Shown piece after piece: positions 27,018 through 36,949 of a stretch of DNA of 64,000 nucleotides (positions within the stretch are counted from its first letter, which is position 1; every line of letters begins with the position of its first letter). Location: the NCBI GenBank assembly GCA_963824095.1, contig CAWGNS010000009.1:128256-192255 (forward strand), in the 5' to 3' direction. The notes under the pieces were generated by a model, which was given only the letters and a program-made list of their open reading frames with translations, did no database searches and was not told the DNA's origin. Source of the stretch: Terriglobia bacterium. GTDB taxonomy: Bacteria > Acidobacteriota > Terriglobia > Bryobacterales > UBA6623. Both the position numbers and the translations under genes were made by a program.

Positions 27018-29426
27018 CTATTCTGAGTGGCGGATGGCGGTCCAGGGCTCGATGCGCACGGCGCGTAGGGCGGGGCCCAGCGACGAGACGATGGCGGCCA
27101 GTAGCAAGGCCGCGCAGGTTACCAGCAGGGGCCACGGGTCGCCCGCCGGCGTGCCGGGCGCGAGCGGGCGCACCCATTCTTCGAGGCGGTTTCCCAACAG
27201 CAACCCGAGCAGCAGTCCTCCGCCGGCCACCAGCAGGCCCTGTCGCAGGACCACGCGCAGTACGGCCGCGCGCGACGCGCCCAGCGCCTGGCGAATTCCG
27301 ATCTCGCGGGTTCTTTCCGAGACCATCAGGAAGAGATTGGCCATCAGTCCGCCGGCGGCCACCAGCAGCGCGATGCCGCCGAGCGCGCCGAAGAAAGCCG
27401 CCAGGTAGGATTGCTCGCGAATCAGGCCGGCCAGTTGCGAGTCGACGGTGCTGGGAGCGGCCACAATGGCGTCCGGATAGATGCCCTGCACGGTGTCCCG
27501 GATCGCCTGCCAGGCCGAGGCGGCCGAAGCCCGCGAGCGCACCAGGAACGCCGGGCTGCCGCCGGGATCGTTTTCGGCCGAGTCGTAGAAGTAGGGGATA
27601 TCGTTCTGCCAAAGCGTGTGGTATTTCGCGTTGCGCGCGACGCCGACGATCGTCAACCGCTTGCGCAGATCGCCTTCTTCGTTGAGCACGTCGAGGGTGT
27701 GGCCCAGCACCTCGCCGCGAGGGTCGATCACGCGCGCCAGCGTTTGATTGACGACCGCTTCAGCGGCGCCCGCCGCGCCGGCGGCGAAGGTGCGTCCGCG
27801 ATCAAGCGGCAGCCGCAGGGTTTCGAAGTAATTGCTGCTGACGGTGTTTGAGAAGGCCGGGATGCTGGCCCCGGCGGTATCGCGGATGCGGCCGGGCTTG
27901 CGAAAGATCGTCAACGGCATCAGCGAGGCGACGGCGGCCTGCTCGATTTCGGGCCGCTGCTGGAGCGAGGCCAGCGTCTGCCGCACGACTTGCAGGCGCT
28001 TGGCGGAGTCTGCGCCTTGCCCGTAGAGTTCGACGTCGGCCATCACGAGGTTGCCGGGGGCGAAGCCGAGGTCGACGGTGTGCGCCGCCATCACGGTGCG
28101 CAGTACGAAGCCGGTGGCGACCAGGATCGCCGCCGCGACGGTCACCTGCAGAGCGACCAGAGCGGCCCGCAAGCGGCGCGCCGGACGCGACGGGCCGGAA
28201 TACACCGCCTGCACGGGCGTGGCGCTGCCGCGCAGGGCGACGAAGGCGGGGGCCATGCCCGCCAGCAGCACGGCGAGCGCGGTCCAGCCGGCGGTGAGCG
28301 ACCAGACGCGCCAGTCCCAGGCGGGCTGGAAGACGATCATGGCCAGCGGCGGCGGATAGGCGGCGAGCAGTTGGATCCACCACGCCGCCAAGGCGCTGCC
28401 GGCGAGCAGCGCGCCGCCGCACAGCAGCGCGGCTTCGGCGAAGCGGCGGCGGCCGATGCGCAGCGTGCCTGCGCCGAGCGCGCGTTCCATCGCCGCCTGG
28501 CGCGTTTCGCCCAGCGCCTTTCCGACCAGAAACAGGCCTGCATTGAGACAGCCCAACACCAGCAGCAAACCGGCCAGCGCGGTCGACAGGGCCAGCGTTC
28601 GCTCGACCTTGGACCGCGACTCGGGGTGGAAGTTGGCGCGCTCGGCCGAGAACACACGCGCATCGCGTTCCGTAGCGCCGGCCGGGGGAGGCGTTCGTTT
28701 TTCGAAAGCCGCCACGGCGAGCTGGGCCTGCTCGGCCGTCACGCCGGGTCGTAGCCGCCCGACGCCGACGAACCAGTTGAACACCCAGCTCTGGCGCAGG
28801 TCGATGCCTTCCAGAAACGGCAGCAGGGTTTGCGAGCGCAGCGAGATCCAGGCCTTGGGATTGCCCATGTAGTCGAGCAGCGAGCCGCGGTAGCCGCGGC
28901 CCATCACGCCGCTGATGATGTATGGTTTTCCCGTCAGCCGGACGACCTTGCCCAGCGTGTCGCGGCGGGCGGCGAAGCGGTTGCGCCAGAAGTCGTAGCT
29001 GAGCAGGATCTCGCCCGATTCGCTGGGCGCGCGGCCCATCTCGAGCGGCGGCCGCACCACATCGAAATAGTTTTCGCTCACCATCTCGATGCCAAGCGGC
29101 TCGGCCGACTCGCCCGATTCCCACACGAGTTGCAAGCGCGTGAAGGCGGCGATGCCTTCGAACACGTCGAGCGCCGCGAGCCGTTCCAGTTGCGGACGCG
29201 CGATGTTGGTGAGGCTGCCGATCATCGCGCTGTGGCCGTAGATCGTGACCATGCGATCGGGTTGGGGCACCGGCAGCGGCTTCCACAACACGGCGTTGGC
29301 GCAACTGAGCACGACGATCTGCGCGGCGAACCCCAGCGCCAGCGAAAGCGCCGCCGCCGCGACGGCCCAGGGCCTGCGGCGCAGGCCGCGCAAAGCAAGC
29401 TTGAGTTCGAGCAGGAGTCCGGTCAT
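27018..29426 (-). CDS. ADOP-type duplicated FtsX/MacB-like orphan permease (divergent copy)
   Basis: I moved the start to ATG 29426 (MTGLLLELKLALRGLRRRPWAVAAAALSLALG). Two large extracytoplasmic domains are each followed by an FtsX-type helix block (LVLGCLNAGLFLVGKALGE...; ...IGIRQALGASRAAVLRVVLRQG...). No ATPase domain and no adjacent ATPase gene. Confidence 0.8.
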   Translation of the reverse strand: MTGLLLELKLALRGLRRRPWAVAAAALSLALGFAAQIVVLSCANAVLWKPLPVPQPDRMVTIYGHSAMIGSLTNIARPQLERLAALDVFEGIAAFTRLQLVWESGESAEPLGIEMVSENYFDVVRPPLEMGRAPSESGEILLSYDFWRNRFAARRDTLGKVVRLTGKPYIISGVMGRGYRGSLLDYMGNPKAWISLRSQTLLPFLEGIDLRQSWVFNWFVGVGRLRPGVTAEQAQLAVAAFEKRTPPPAGATERDARVFSAERANFHPESRSKVERTLALSTALAGLLLVLGCLNAGLFLVGKALGETRQAAMERALGAGTLRIGRRRFAEAALLCGGALLAGSALAAWWIQLLAAYPPPLAMIVFQPAWDWRVWSLTAGWTALAVLLAGMAPAFVALRGSATPVQAVYSGPSRPARRLRAALVALQVTVAAAILVATGFVLRTVMAAHTVDLGFAPGNLVMADVELYGQGADSAKRLQVVRQTLASLQQRPEIEQAAVASLMPLTIFRKPGRIRDTAGASIPAFSNTVSSNYFETLRLPLDRGRTFAAGAAGAAEAVVNQTLARVIDPRGEVLGHTLDVLNEEGDLRKRLTIVGVARNAKYHTLWQNDIPYFYDSAENDPGGSPAFLVRSRASAASAWQAIRDTVQGIYPDAIVAAPSTVDSQLAGLIREQSYLAAFFGALGGIALLVAAGGLMANLFLMVSERTREIGIRQALGASRAAVLRVVLRQGLLVAGGGLLLGLLLGNRLEEWVRPLAPGTPAGDPWPLLVTCAALLLAAIVSSLGPALRAVRIEPWTAIRHSE

Positions 29427-29493
29427 GGTGTTGTGAGGCCTGGATACAGCATAGCGGGCGTGGCGGTGGCGGGGCGCAACCACCAGAATCGGC

Positions 29494-30126
29494 TTACAAC
29501 TGGCGCAGGAAGGGGTTGTGCTCGCGCTCGCGGCCGATGGTGGTTTTGCCTCCGTGGCCGGGAATGACGATGACTTCGTCGTTGAGCGGGAGCAGCTTTT
29601 CGTGGATCGAGAGCAGGATTTGGCGGCCGTCGCCGCCGGGCAGGTCGGTGCGGCCGATGCTATTGCGGAATAGCGTGTCACCGGCGACCAGCTTGTTTTC
29701 GTCCGGCAGAAAGAGGCTGATGCTTCCCTGCGTGTGGCCGGGGGTGTGCAGGATCTGGAACGGGTGGCCGTTGAGTTCGAGTTGCTCGCCGTCGCGCGCC
29801 GGCACGTCGATGTCCGGCTTTTCCGGCGTGGCCGTGCCCACCCAGGCGGCTTGCATTTCGAGTTGGCCGCTCAGCTCGATGTCGTTTTCATTCATGTAGA
29901 CGGGCGCCTGGGTTAGCTTTTTCAACTTGGCGGCGCCGCCGATGTGGTCGATGTGGGCGTGCGTGATGACGATGGCCTTGACGCGCAACTGGTGGCGGTC
30001 GAGGATCCGCTGGATCTGTTCGATGTCATCGCCCGGGTCGATGACGATCGCTTCTCGCGTCTGTTCGTCCCCGAAGATCGAGCAGTTGCACTGCAGAACG
30101 CCGACCGGGAGAATCTCGTGAATCAT
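29494..30126 (-). CDS. MBL-fold metallo-hydrolase (glyoxalase II-like)
   Basis: I moved the start to ATG 30126 (MIHEILPVG...). THAHIDHIGG (HxHxDH), HTPGHTQGS and GDTLF motifs. The N-terminal 245 aa of track ORF 29494..30861 is Arg/Pro-rich junk. Confidence 0.85.
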   Translation of the reverse strand: MIHEILPVGVLQCNCSIFGDEQTREAIVIDPGDDIEQIQRILDRHQLRVKAIVITHAHIDHIGGAAKLKKLTQAPVYMNENDIELSGQLEMQAAWVGTATPEKPDIDVPARDGEQLELNGHPFQILHTPGHTQGSISLFLPDENKLVAGDTLFRNSIGRTDLPGGDGRQILLSIHEKLLPLNDEVIVIPGHGGKTTIGREREHNPFLRQL

Positions 30127-30435
30127 CGACCGGTATAATAGCAGTTCGATTGCGGATTTCCGGTTGTTGATGTGGTGGCTGTTGGCCCGATGCGGCCGTG
30201 GGATAACGGCTGCGGTCGGCGGCTTTGGAAATGGATGCATGCGTTGGGTCGTGATGCATACGTTCGGTAGCTTGCGGTGGGGTGTTTGGCGCGTCCGGCG
30301 GCCCGCACCCTTCCGGGCGCGGCTCTGTTTTCGGGGTTTGTTGGTTCGGTAGGGCTTCGCCCCGGTTGGTTTGTGCCGGCGGATCGGGTTTGTTGGCTTG
30401 AGCGGGCCCGGGCGCCTGCTGTCTGGAGAAAAACC

Positions 30436-30867
30436 TTGGCTATCCTGGCGCGATTTTTGCACATCATGGCGGCGGCTTGGACGGTGGGCTCGTTGGTGTA
30501 CACCTGTTATGTGCTGAGCCCCTCGGTGCAGGCGATGGCCGCCGAGGAGCGCGCGCGGTTGTTGGGGCGGATTTCCTCGCACCTGCGGCCGCTGTCGTTG
30601 TCGGCGATCGTGCTGCTGCTGGTGACGGGCCTCTACAATTTCATTCGCATCAATGCGGCCGGCGTGGTGATGCCCGCTTATCACATCGCGTTCGGCATCA
30701 AGTTCCTGCTGGCGCTGCACGTGTTCGGGATGCTGTTCGTGCTTTCCAAGCCGCCCAGCGCCGACCCGGGCCAGGACGCCAAGCGTTCGCGGCTGGCGCT
30801 GGGGGCGCTGATCTCGGCCGTGATCATCGTCGCGATCGGGGCGTATCTGCGGACTCTGCATCTCTAG
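30436..30867 (+). CDS. Hypothetical integral membrane protein (about four predicted TM helices)
   Basis: Hydrophobic segments ILARFLHIMAAAWTVGSLVY, LSLSAIVLLLVTGLYNF, FGIKFLLALHVFGMLFV and LGALISAVIIVAIGAYL. TTG 30436 with GGAG 8 nt upstream would include helix 1. ATG 30466 is an alternative. Confidence 0.5.
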   Translation: MAILARFLHIMAAAWTVGSLVYTCYVLSPSVQAMAAEERARLLGRISSHLRPLSLSAIVLLLVTGLYNFIRINAAGVVMPAYHIAFGIKFLLALHVFGMLFVLSKPPSADPGQDAKRSRLALGALISAVIIVAIGAYLRTLHL

Positions 30868-31148
30868 CCGCGTTGGATCCGCGGGCTTGACGGAGATCGG
30901 TCCACCCTGTACGAACGCGCTGCCCGAAGCGCCACTCGGAGCCGCAAGCGTGAGCTCGCGCTGCGCGGCCGGGCGCCGTTGGCGTTTTGCGGTGCATGGG
31001 AACTCCGCGTGAATGCTCAGCGCGGGCTTACGCCCGCGGCTCTGAGTGGCGAGTGCGGCAGCGCGGGTTCGCGTGGAGCGGGTTTGGCAATTCCGCGCTT
31101 GAATCTGTTGGAAAACGAATCCCTTCCTATGAGTGGTTATACGGCATT

Positions 31149-32087
31149 ATGAGCGGCTACACGGCGCTTCACGAATCGGCTGCCTGGCTGGATATTTCCT
31201 CGCGTGGACGGGTTGCAGCGCGCGGCGCGGACCGCTTGCGGCTGCTGCACGCGATTGCCAGCAATGCGGTCGAGGGGCTGGCGCCGGGGCGGGGAACCTA
31301 CGCCTTTTTTCTGAACGCGCAGGGGCGTATTCAGTCTGACGGCCGCATCTTCGTGCTCGAAGACCTTGCCTGGATCGACTGCGAGCCCGAAGCAGGGCCG
31401 GCCCTGCGCGCGCACATCGACAGCTACATCATCATGGACGACGTGCAGCTCGAGGACCTGGGCGAATCGACCTTCGCGGCGGCTCTCGAAGGGCCGCGCG
31501 CCGACGAGATCGCGATCCAGACCGTGGGCGACGTGCTCCCCGATGCTGCTTCTTATGCGCACCGCGAGACGGACGGCGTCCGGGTCTTGCGCAGTTCGCT
31601 CAGCGGCCAGTCGGGTTTGTGGTTCGTCTGTTCCGCCGAGCGCAAGGAGCAACTCATCGAGGCGCTGGAGCTGGCGGGCGCCGCGGCGGCCACGGCCGAC
31701 GACTTCCGGGTCGTGCGCGTCGAAAACCGCCGGCCTCGCTTCGGGGAAGATTATTCCAACTCCAACATCCCGCAAGAGACCGGCCTAATGCAGGCGGTGT
31801 CTTTTTCGAAGGGTTGCTACCTGGGCCAGGAGATCGTCGAGCGCGTCCGAGCCCGGGGGCAGGTCAACAAACTGCTGGTGGGCCTGGAACTCGACGCCGC
31901 GGAGCCGCCCGCAGCCGGCACGGCGGTCGAACACGCGGGCCATGAGGTCGGCCGGCTTACGAGCGCGGTGTTCTCGCCGCGCCGGGGCAAGGTTGCGGCG
32001 TTCGCCATCCTGCGCCGCGAGGCGGCCGCGCCGGGCGCGGAGGTCACGGCCGGCGGGTTTGCGGGACGCGTCTTGCCGCTGGGCTGA
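31149..32087 (+). CDS. YgfZ/GcvT-family folate-binding protein
   Basis: I moved the start to ATG 31149 (MSGYTALHESAAWLDISSRGRV..RGADRLRLLH). C-terminal KGCYLGQEIVERVRARGQVNK signature. Confidence 0.75.
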   Translation: MSGYTALHESAAWLDISSRGRVAARGADRLRLLHAIASNAVEGLAPGRGTYAFFLNAQGRIQSDGRIFVLEDLAWIDCEPEAGPALRAHIDSYIIMDDVQLEDLGESTFAAALEGPRADEIAIQTVGDVLPDAASYAHRETDGVRVLRSSLSGQSGLWFVCSAERKEQLIEALELAGAAAATADDFRVVRVENRRPRFGEDYSNSNIPQETGLMQAVSFSKGCYLGQEIVERVRARGQVNKLLVGLELDAAEPPAAGTAVEHAGHEVGRLTSAVFSPRRGKVAAFAILRREAAAPGAEVTAGGFAGRVLPLG

Positions 32088-32410
32088 ATCCTCCGGCGAC
32101 ACTCCGTCGGCCGCCGAGGCCCGCCGGATACCCGAAATCGGCCAGCTCCGTCCTTTCCCAAAAACCAAGCCTGTGGCAAACTAGACTAGACCGTTTCCGG
32201 GCCAAGCGAGTATCATCAGGCTTTGCCGGAACGGCCGGGTTGCCGTTCCTCAACCGGAATGCGCGACAGAGCCGATCGGCGGGACTCGAGGGTGGACCTC
32301 GGTTGGCTACAGGCGCCAGGCAAGCCTGGGCCGATTTGTCCGCCGAAGACGCTTTCGCCGCAGGCCGCCCAGCCGCAAGCGGGTACGTCGCGAAGGACCA
32401 AGAGCTTGTC

Positions 32411-33172
32411 ATGATCAGGGCCTACGGAATGTCTCATGTCGGCATGGTGCGTTCCAATAATGAAGACAGCTTCGCGACGGTGCCCGAACTCGGTCTGTTC
32501 ATCGTGGCCGACGGCATGGGGGGCGCCAAAGCCGGAGAGAAGGCCTCGCGGATCGCGGTCGAGACCGTAGTCGCCGAGATGCGCCGCGCCGGACCCAGCG
32601 CAACCCCGGAAATGCTGGCCGAAGCCGTCCATCTGGCCAACCAGAACATCCGCTGGGAGGCCGAGCAGAACCCCCAGGATTCGGGCATGGGCACGACCAT
32701 CGTCGCGGCCCTGGTGCGCGAGCCGATCGCGCATATCGTCAACGTCGGCGACAGCCGCGGCTACCTGCGTACCGGCGGCGAGCTCTACTGCATCACTTCC
32801 GACAATTCCTGGGTCAACGAGGTCGGCCGCGGGCTGGGCCTTAGCGAAGAGCAGTTGCGTTCGCACCCCTACCGCAACGTGCTGACCAAGGCGGTGGGCG
32901 CCGAGGAAAGCATCGAAGTGGCGGTTGAAGAAATCGAGCTGGTGCCGGGCGACGTGCTGTTGTTGTGCTCCGACGGATTGCATGGCGTGGCGGGTGAAAG
33001 CGCCCTGTTCGACGTGCTGTCGCGCGAAGACACGCTGCGGCGCAAATGCGAGGCGCTGATCACCGCGGCGCTCGATCACGGGGCTCCCGACAACGTGACG
33101 GCGGTGCTGGTGGAGGCCTTCGAGCCGGCGGAGGAAGAGATGAACGGCTCGGCAGCGTCCTCGGCGGGCTGA
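32411..33172 (+). CDS. PP2C-family Ser/Thr protein phosphatase
   Basis: I moved the start to ATG 32411. Motifs: MSHVGMVRSNNEDSF, FIVADGMGGAKAGEKAS, VNVGDSRGYL, LLLCSDGLHG and DNVTAVLVE. Confidence 0.85.
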   Translation: MIRAYGMSHVGMVRSNNEDSFATVPELGLFIVADGMGGAKAGEKASRIAVETVVAEMRRAGPSATPEMLAEAVHLANQNIRWEAEQNPQDSGMGTTIVAALVREPIAHIVNVGDSRGYLRTGGELYCITSDNSWVNEVGRGLGLSEEQLRSHPYRNVLTKAVGAEESIEVAVEEIELVPGDVLLLCSDGLHGVAGESALFDVLSREDTLRRKCEALITAALDHGAPDNVTAVLVEAFEPAEEEMNGSAASSAG

Positions 33173-33240
33173 TTTTTTTCGCTGCCCCTCACCACGAAAT
33201 TCCCCACCATACAAGGATCCTGATTCCCCTCCCATACAAG

Positions 33241-33501
33241 AACAGAGCCGCAGGCGTAAGCCGGCGGGCCGAGGCGGCGGGTCAGTCCGGTCATTCCCGG
33301 GCAGGTTTTGGTCTTTGCCCTGCTTCGCTGCGGCGGGGCCCTACGTCCCGACGCATCGGGACGCGGCAAACCTGGGGGTTCGCGCCACGGGTGGATGCTC
33401 CGACTTGGGTAAGCCGAAGGTGGATGCGGTTTTTAGGATGTGGGCTGCGCCGCGGGCTTTGTTGGCGGCTTGGCCCGCTGGCTTACGCCTGCGGCTCTGT
33501 T
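33241..33501. repeat. Composite inverted-repeat element, family 3 (261 bp), carrying a family-4 unit inside
   Basis: Left arm AACAGAGCCGCAGGCGTAAGCCGGCGGGCCGAGGCGGC (33241-33278) versus right arm GCGGCTTGGCCCGCTGGCTTACGCCTGCGGCTCTGTT (33465-33501). These are inverted copies of about 37 nt. The interior contains family-4 copy 33335-33394. Confidence 0.65.
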
Positions 33502-33575
33502 TGCTTGATTCTTGGCTGGGTTGCGGGGATTCCCCTGCTTGACCCAGCCCGCGAAATGGATTGAGGGGGCTTGGT

Positions 33576-34277
33576 CTAGCGCGGCGTGGGTACGGTTTCC
33601 TGGCCGGTGCGTTGTTCGCTCACCACCCAGCCGTCTTGCAGGTTGATGATGCGGTCGCTGGAGGCGGCGTTGACTTCGGAGTGGGTCACCTGGATGATGG
33701 TCGTGCCTTCGCTGTTGAGCTTCTTGAATAGCTCCATGATCTCTTTGCCCTGGGCGGTGTGCAGGTTGCCGGTGGGCTCGTCGGCGAGAATCAGCTTCGG
33801 ATGGGCGATGACGGCGCGGGCGACGGCCACCAACTGCTGCTGGCCTCCCGAGAGCTGGTTGGGGAACAGGTTCTGCTTGGCGACGATGTTGAAGCGGTCG
33901 AGGCAGTCGGCGACCATGCCGGCGCGTTCGCTTGACTTGACGTTGCGGTAGGAGAGCGGGATGTCGAGGTTTTCGTAGACCGTCAGGTTGTCGAGCAGAT
34001 GGTAGCTCTGGAACACGAAGCCGATGTACTGGCGGTTGAGCTGCACGCGGTCCTTGGGCTTCATCTTGTGTACGGGATGGCCGACGAAATGAAATTCGCC
34101 GCCGAACTCGCCGTCGAGCATGCCCAGGATCCCCAGGATGGTCGACTTTCCCGCGCCCGACGGCCCCATGATCGTCACGAATTCGCCTTCGCGGATATCG
34201 AGCGTGACGCTGCGCAGCACGTAGGTGCGGCCGTAGCCGGTCTCGTAGAACTTTTCGAGATTGCGTAGTTGGATCAT
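33576..34277 (-). CDS. ABC transporter ATP-binding protein (MacB/LolD-type)
   Basis: Walker [11 protein letters not shown]-loop, signature LSGGQQQ, Walker [12 protein letters not shown] and H-loop VTHS. Confidence 0.88.
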   Translation of the reverse strand: MIQLRNLEKFYETGYGRTYVLRSVTLDIREGEFVTIMGPSGAGKSTILGILGMLDGEFGGEFHFVGHPVHKMKPKDRVQLNRQYIGFVFQSYHLLDNLTVYENLDIPLSYRNVKSSERAGMVADCLDRFNIVAKQNLFPNQLSGGQQQLVAVARAVIAHPKLILADEPTGNLHTAQGKEIMELFKKLNSEGTTIIQVTHSEVNAASSDRIINLQDGWVVSEQRTGQETVPTPR

Positions 34278-34458
34278 GTTGGTCTCGCGGGAACGACTAT
34301 CAGGACCGGAGGCCGCGTCAGGCCACTGCGCCGGGCGGCGCCGTTGCGTTCCGCCAAATCCCCTGGCCCGATTCTAGCGGTACTATCGCCAAGGGGCTTT
34401 TCGCGGCCGGGGCGCGGGCGTCGCGCTACGCCCCGCATAAGGCCGCCGGGCGTCTTTC

Positions 34459-35178
34459 TTAGGCTTCGCCCTCGGGCATCTCGCTTTCGTCGACGATGCG
34501 GCCGTCGAACAGGTGGATGTTGCGATCGGCGTATTTGGCGTAGCGCGGGTCGTGCGTGACCATGCAGATGGTGGCGCCGACGCGGTGCAATTCGCCCAGC
34601 AGGTCCATCACCGCTTCGCCGTTTTTGGAGTCCAGGTTTCCGGTCGGCTCATCGGCCAGCAGGATGGCGGGGTCGCCGACCAGCGCGCGGGCCACCGCGA
34701 CGCGCTGCTGCTGACCTCCCGAGAGCTGCGAGGGGTAGTGCTTCATGCGGTGGGCCATCGCGACGCGCTCCAGGGCGTGCTGCACGCGCTCCTTGCGCTC
34801 TTTGCCGGGCATGCCGCGGTAGGTGAGCGGCAGCTCGACGTTTTCATAGACGTTGAGGTCGCCGATCAGGTTGAACGCCTGGAAGATGAAGCCGATGTCG
34901 CGGTTGCGCACGCGGGCGCGGTCGCTGGCCGACAGATTTTCTACCGGCTGGCCCTTGAGGTGGTGCTCGCCGCCCGAGGGCGTGTCGAGCAGGCCCAGGA
35001 TCGACAGCAGTGTCGATTTGCCGCAGCCCGACGGACCGCCGATCGCCACGTATTCCCCCTTCTTGATCTCCAGATGAATGCCCGCCAGCGCGTGCGTTTC
35101 AACCTCATCGGTGTAAAACACTTTGGTTACACCGTTGAGGTGAATCATCGCTTCCCCGTTTGTCGTTCCGTTCGTCAT
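34459..35178 (-). CDS. ABC transporter ATP-binding protein (MacB/LolD-type), paralog
   Basis: GAGGAAG RBS upstream of ATG 35178. Walker A GPSGCGKST, signature LSGGQQQR, Walker [12 protein letters not shown] and H-loop VTHD. Confidence 0.88.
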   Translation of the reverse strand: MTNGTTNGEAMIHLNGVTKVFYTDEVETHALAGIHLEIKKGEYVAIGGPSGCGKSTLLSILGLLDTPSGGEHHLKGQPVENLSASDRARVRNRDIGFIFQAFNLIGDLNVYENVELPLTYRGMPGKERKERVQHALERVAMAHRMKHYPSQLSGGQQQRVAVARALVGDPAILLADEPTGNLDSKNGEAVMDLLGELHRVGATICMVTHDPRYAKYADRNIHLFDGRIVDESEMPEGEA

Positions 35179-35432
35179 GGTCTCTTCCTCGAAAATAGGT
35201 TCCGGTATTGTCGTTGCGAGCGGGACTTGCCGGTCGTTACCCGCCTTTTACGTGCTTTGGACGCGCCAGCGGCGAAGCCGATAGCCGCCGGCCGCTTTTT
35301 CCCTGGCCGAGGGCGCTTTCCCGGTCCGCGCGCCGACCGAATCGTTTGCCCGGCCGCCGCCGCGGCCTCCCCCCGGGGGCGCGTACCCAGCGGCAGGTCC
35401 GCTCCCTGCCGACTACATACGTCGCGGGCGGT

Positions 35433-36692
35433 CTAACGGTTCAATCGAATCCGATCGTAATTGTCCCAGGCCGACATATCCGACAGAATTACCTTGTCGC
35501 CTTCCTGCAGGCCATTGCGAATCTCGAAGTAATTGACCGATCCTTTGCCCAGCTCGACCTGGGTTCGGACCGCATATTCTCCGCCGGGCTGGATCTTGAA
35601 CAGCGAAATGGTGCTCTCGGGCTGGCCGTAAACAGGCCGGCCGACATAGAGTACGTTGTCGAGCCGTTCGAGTTCAATGGTGCCGTCGACGCTCAGGTCG
35701 GGGCGCGCGCCGCGGGGCAGTTCGCCGTCGAGCTGCACGTCGACGGTAACGGTACCCTCGGTGGAGGCCGGGTCGATGCGCATGACGGTGCCTGGGATGA
35801 TACCGTTGCGGGTGTCAATCTCGGCGTGCTGGCCGAACTGCACGTCGCGCACCTGGGTTTCAGGGATCCTCAGGGCGGCTTTGAGCCGTCGGGGGTCGGA
35901 GACGCGGGCCAGCACCGTTCCGGCCGTCACGAGTTGGCCGACCTCGACCTCCAACTGCTGCAGCACGCCCGAGATCCCGGCGCGGACCTTCAGGTCGTCG
36001 AATTCCTGTTTGCGCAAATCGTAGAGCGCTTGGGACTGCTCGATCTTGGCGCGCTGCGTCGCCAACTGCGCTTCGACCGATTTTCCGCGGATGTCAAGCC
36101 GCTCGGCCTCGAGTTTCAGGCGGATTCCCAACTGCTGCGCGGTGACCCGCGACTTGGCCAGAGTGAGCTGGTCGAGCAGTCCCGCTTTGGCCAACTGCTC
36201 GTCGGCCTGGAGCTGCGCCTTGGCCTGCTCGTAGTCGGATTCGACCTGCGCTTTCACCGATTCCTGGTCGAGGCGCTCGGTCTCCAGACGAGCGCGAATC
36301 GCCTCGAAATCGGCCCGGTCAGCCTTGAGCTGCGTCTCGACGTTGAAGACTTCCTGCTCGAGCTGCGGGCTGCTCATTTCCAGCAGAATCGTGTCGGCCT
36401 GGACCTCCGAGCCGGGCAGTAGCAGCCGCTTCACCACGCGGCCCTCGCGCTTGGCGGGGATGAAGACGATGCTTTCCGGGACCAGGGTGCCCAGCCCGCG
36501 GACCGAACGCATCATCGGACCGCGCTTGACCGTATCGGGGAATACGGTTCCCATCTCGACCGTCGGCGCCGCCGGCTCCAGCCGCGACAGGCCATAGGTC
36601 ACCGCGGCGATCGCCGCCAGCCCGATCACCGAGTAGATGATCCGTTTGATGCGGCGCTTGCGGGCGAAATCTTTGCGCTGAATATCGGGCAA
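35433..36692 (-). CDS. Periplasmic adaptor subunit (MacA/HlyD family membrane-fusion protein)
   Basis: TTG start with GGAG 9 nt upstream. N-terminal anchor IIYSVIGLAAIAAVTY. Long coiled-coil hairpin (Q/E/A/L-rich) lies between beta-barrel-like segments. Confidence 0.8.
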   Translation of the reverse strand: MPDIQRKDFARKRRIKRIIYSVIGLAAIAAVTYGLSRLEPAAPTVEMGTVFPDTVKRGPMMRSVRGLGTLVPESIVFIPAKREGRVVKRLLLPGSEVQADTILLEMSSPQLEQEVFNVETQLKADRADFEAIRARLETERLDQESVKAQVESDYEQAKAQLQADEQLAKAGLLDQLTLAKSRVTAQQLGIRLKLEAERLDIRGKSVEAQLATQRAKIEQSQALYDLRKQEFDDLKVRAGISGVLQQLEVEVGQLVTAGTVLARVSDPRRLKAALRIPETQVRDVQFGQHAEIDTRNGIIPGTVMRIDPASTEGTVTVDVQLDGELPRGARPDLSVDGTIELERLDNVLYVGRPVYGQPESTISLFKIQPGGEYAVRTQVELGKGSVNYFEIRNGLQEGDKVILSDMSAWDNYDRIRLNR

Positions 36693-36788
36693 CTCAAAAC
36701 TCCTGAGCGGGAAAAGGTCTTACCCGCTGATGTCGCGTCTGCGCCGCGGCTGCGTCCCTTGTGCGGCGTAGCGTGACAGCCCTGCTTG

Positions 36789-36804
36789 TGCAGGCGGGGG
36801 GCCA
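36789..36804 (-). promoter_or_regulatory. Candidate sigma-54 (-24/-12) promoter for the adaptor/ATPase operon
   Basis: The minus strand reads TGGCCCCCCGCCTGCA. TGGC and TGCA have the canonical GG-to-GC register. It lies 97-112 nt upstream of the adaptor start. A sigma-54-dependent activator gene sits just upstream on the same strand. A perfect 12-bp palindrome GGCGATATCGCC lies at 36867-36878. Confidence 0.35.
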
Positions 36805-36949
36805 TTTGGTCTGGCCGGTTTAACTTACTGAAAACAAGCCGAAAAAGGCACCTCGGGTGACATTCGGGCGATATCGCCGTCCGATTTTGGGACGATACCA
36901 TTTCACCTGTGGGACCGTAGACGCCGACACTTCCATCCTACAGCCGACT

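Noticed and set aside
36847-36862. Plus-strand GGCACCTCGGGTGACA resembling a sigma-54 box
   Set aside because: The -12 register gives GA, not GC. It also points away from the adaptor operon, toward the end of the kinase gene.
36626-36901. 91-aa minus-strand ORF upstream of the adaptor gene, and the 96-aa ORF at 17262-17552
   Set aside because: Both have Arg/Ser/Pro-rich composition, no RBS and no motifs. They lie in regions better explained as promoter or leader (36.7-36.9 kb) or as the atypical spacer (17.3-17.6 kb).
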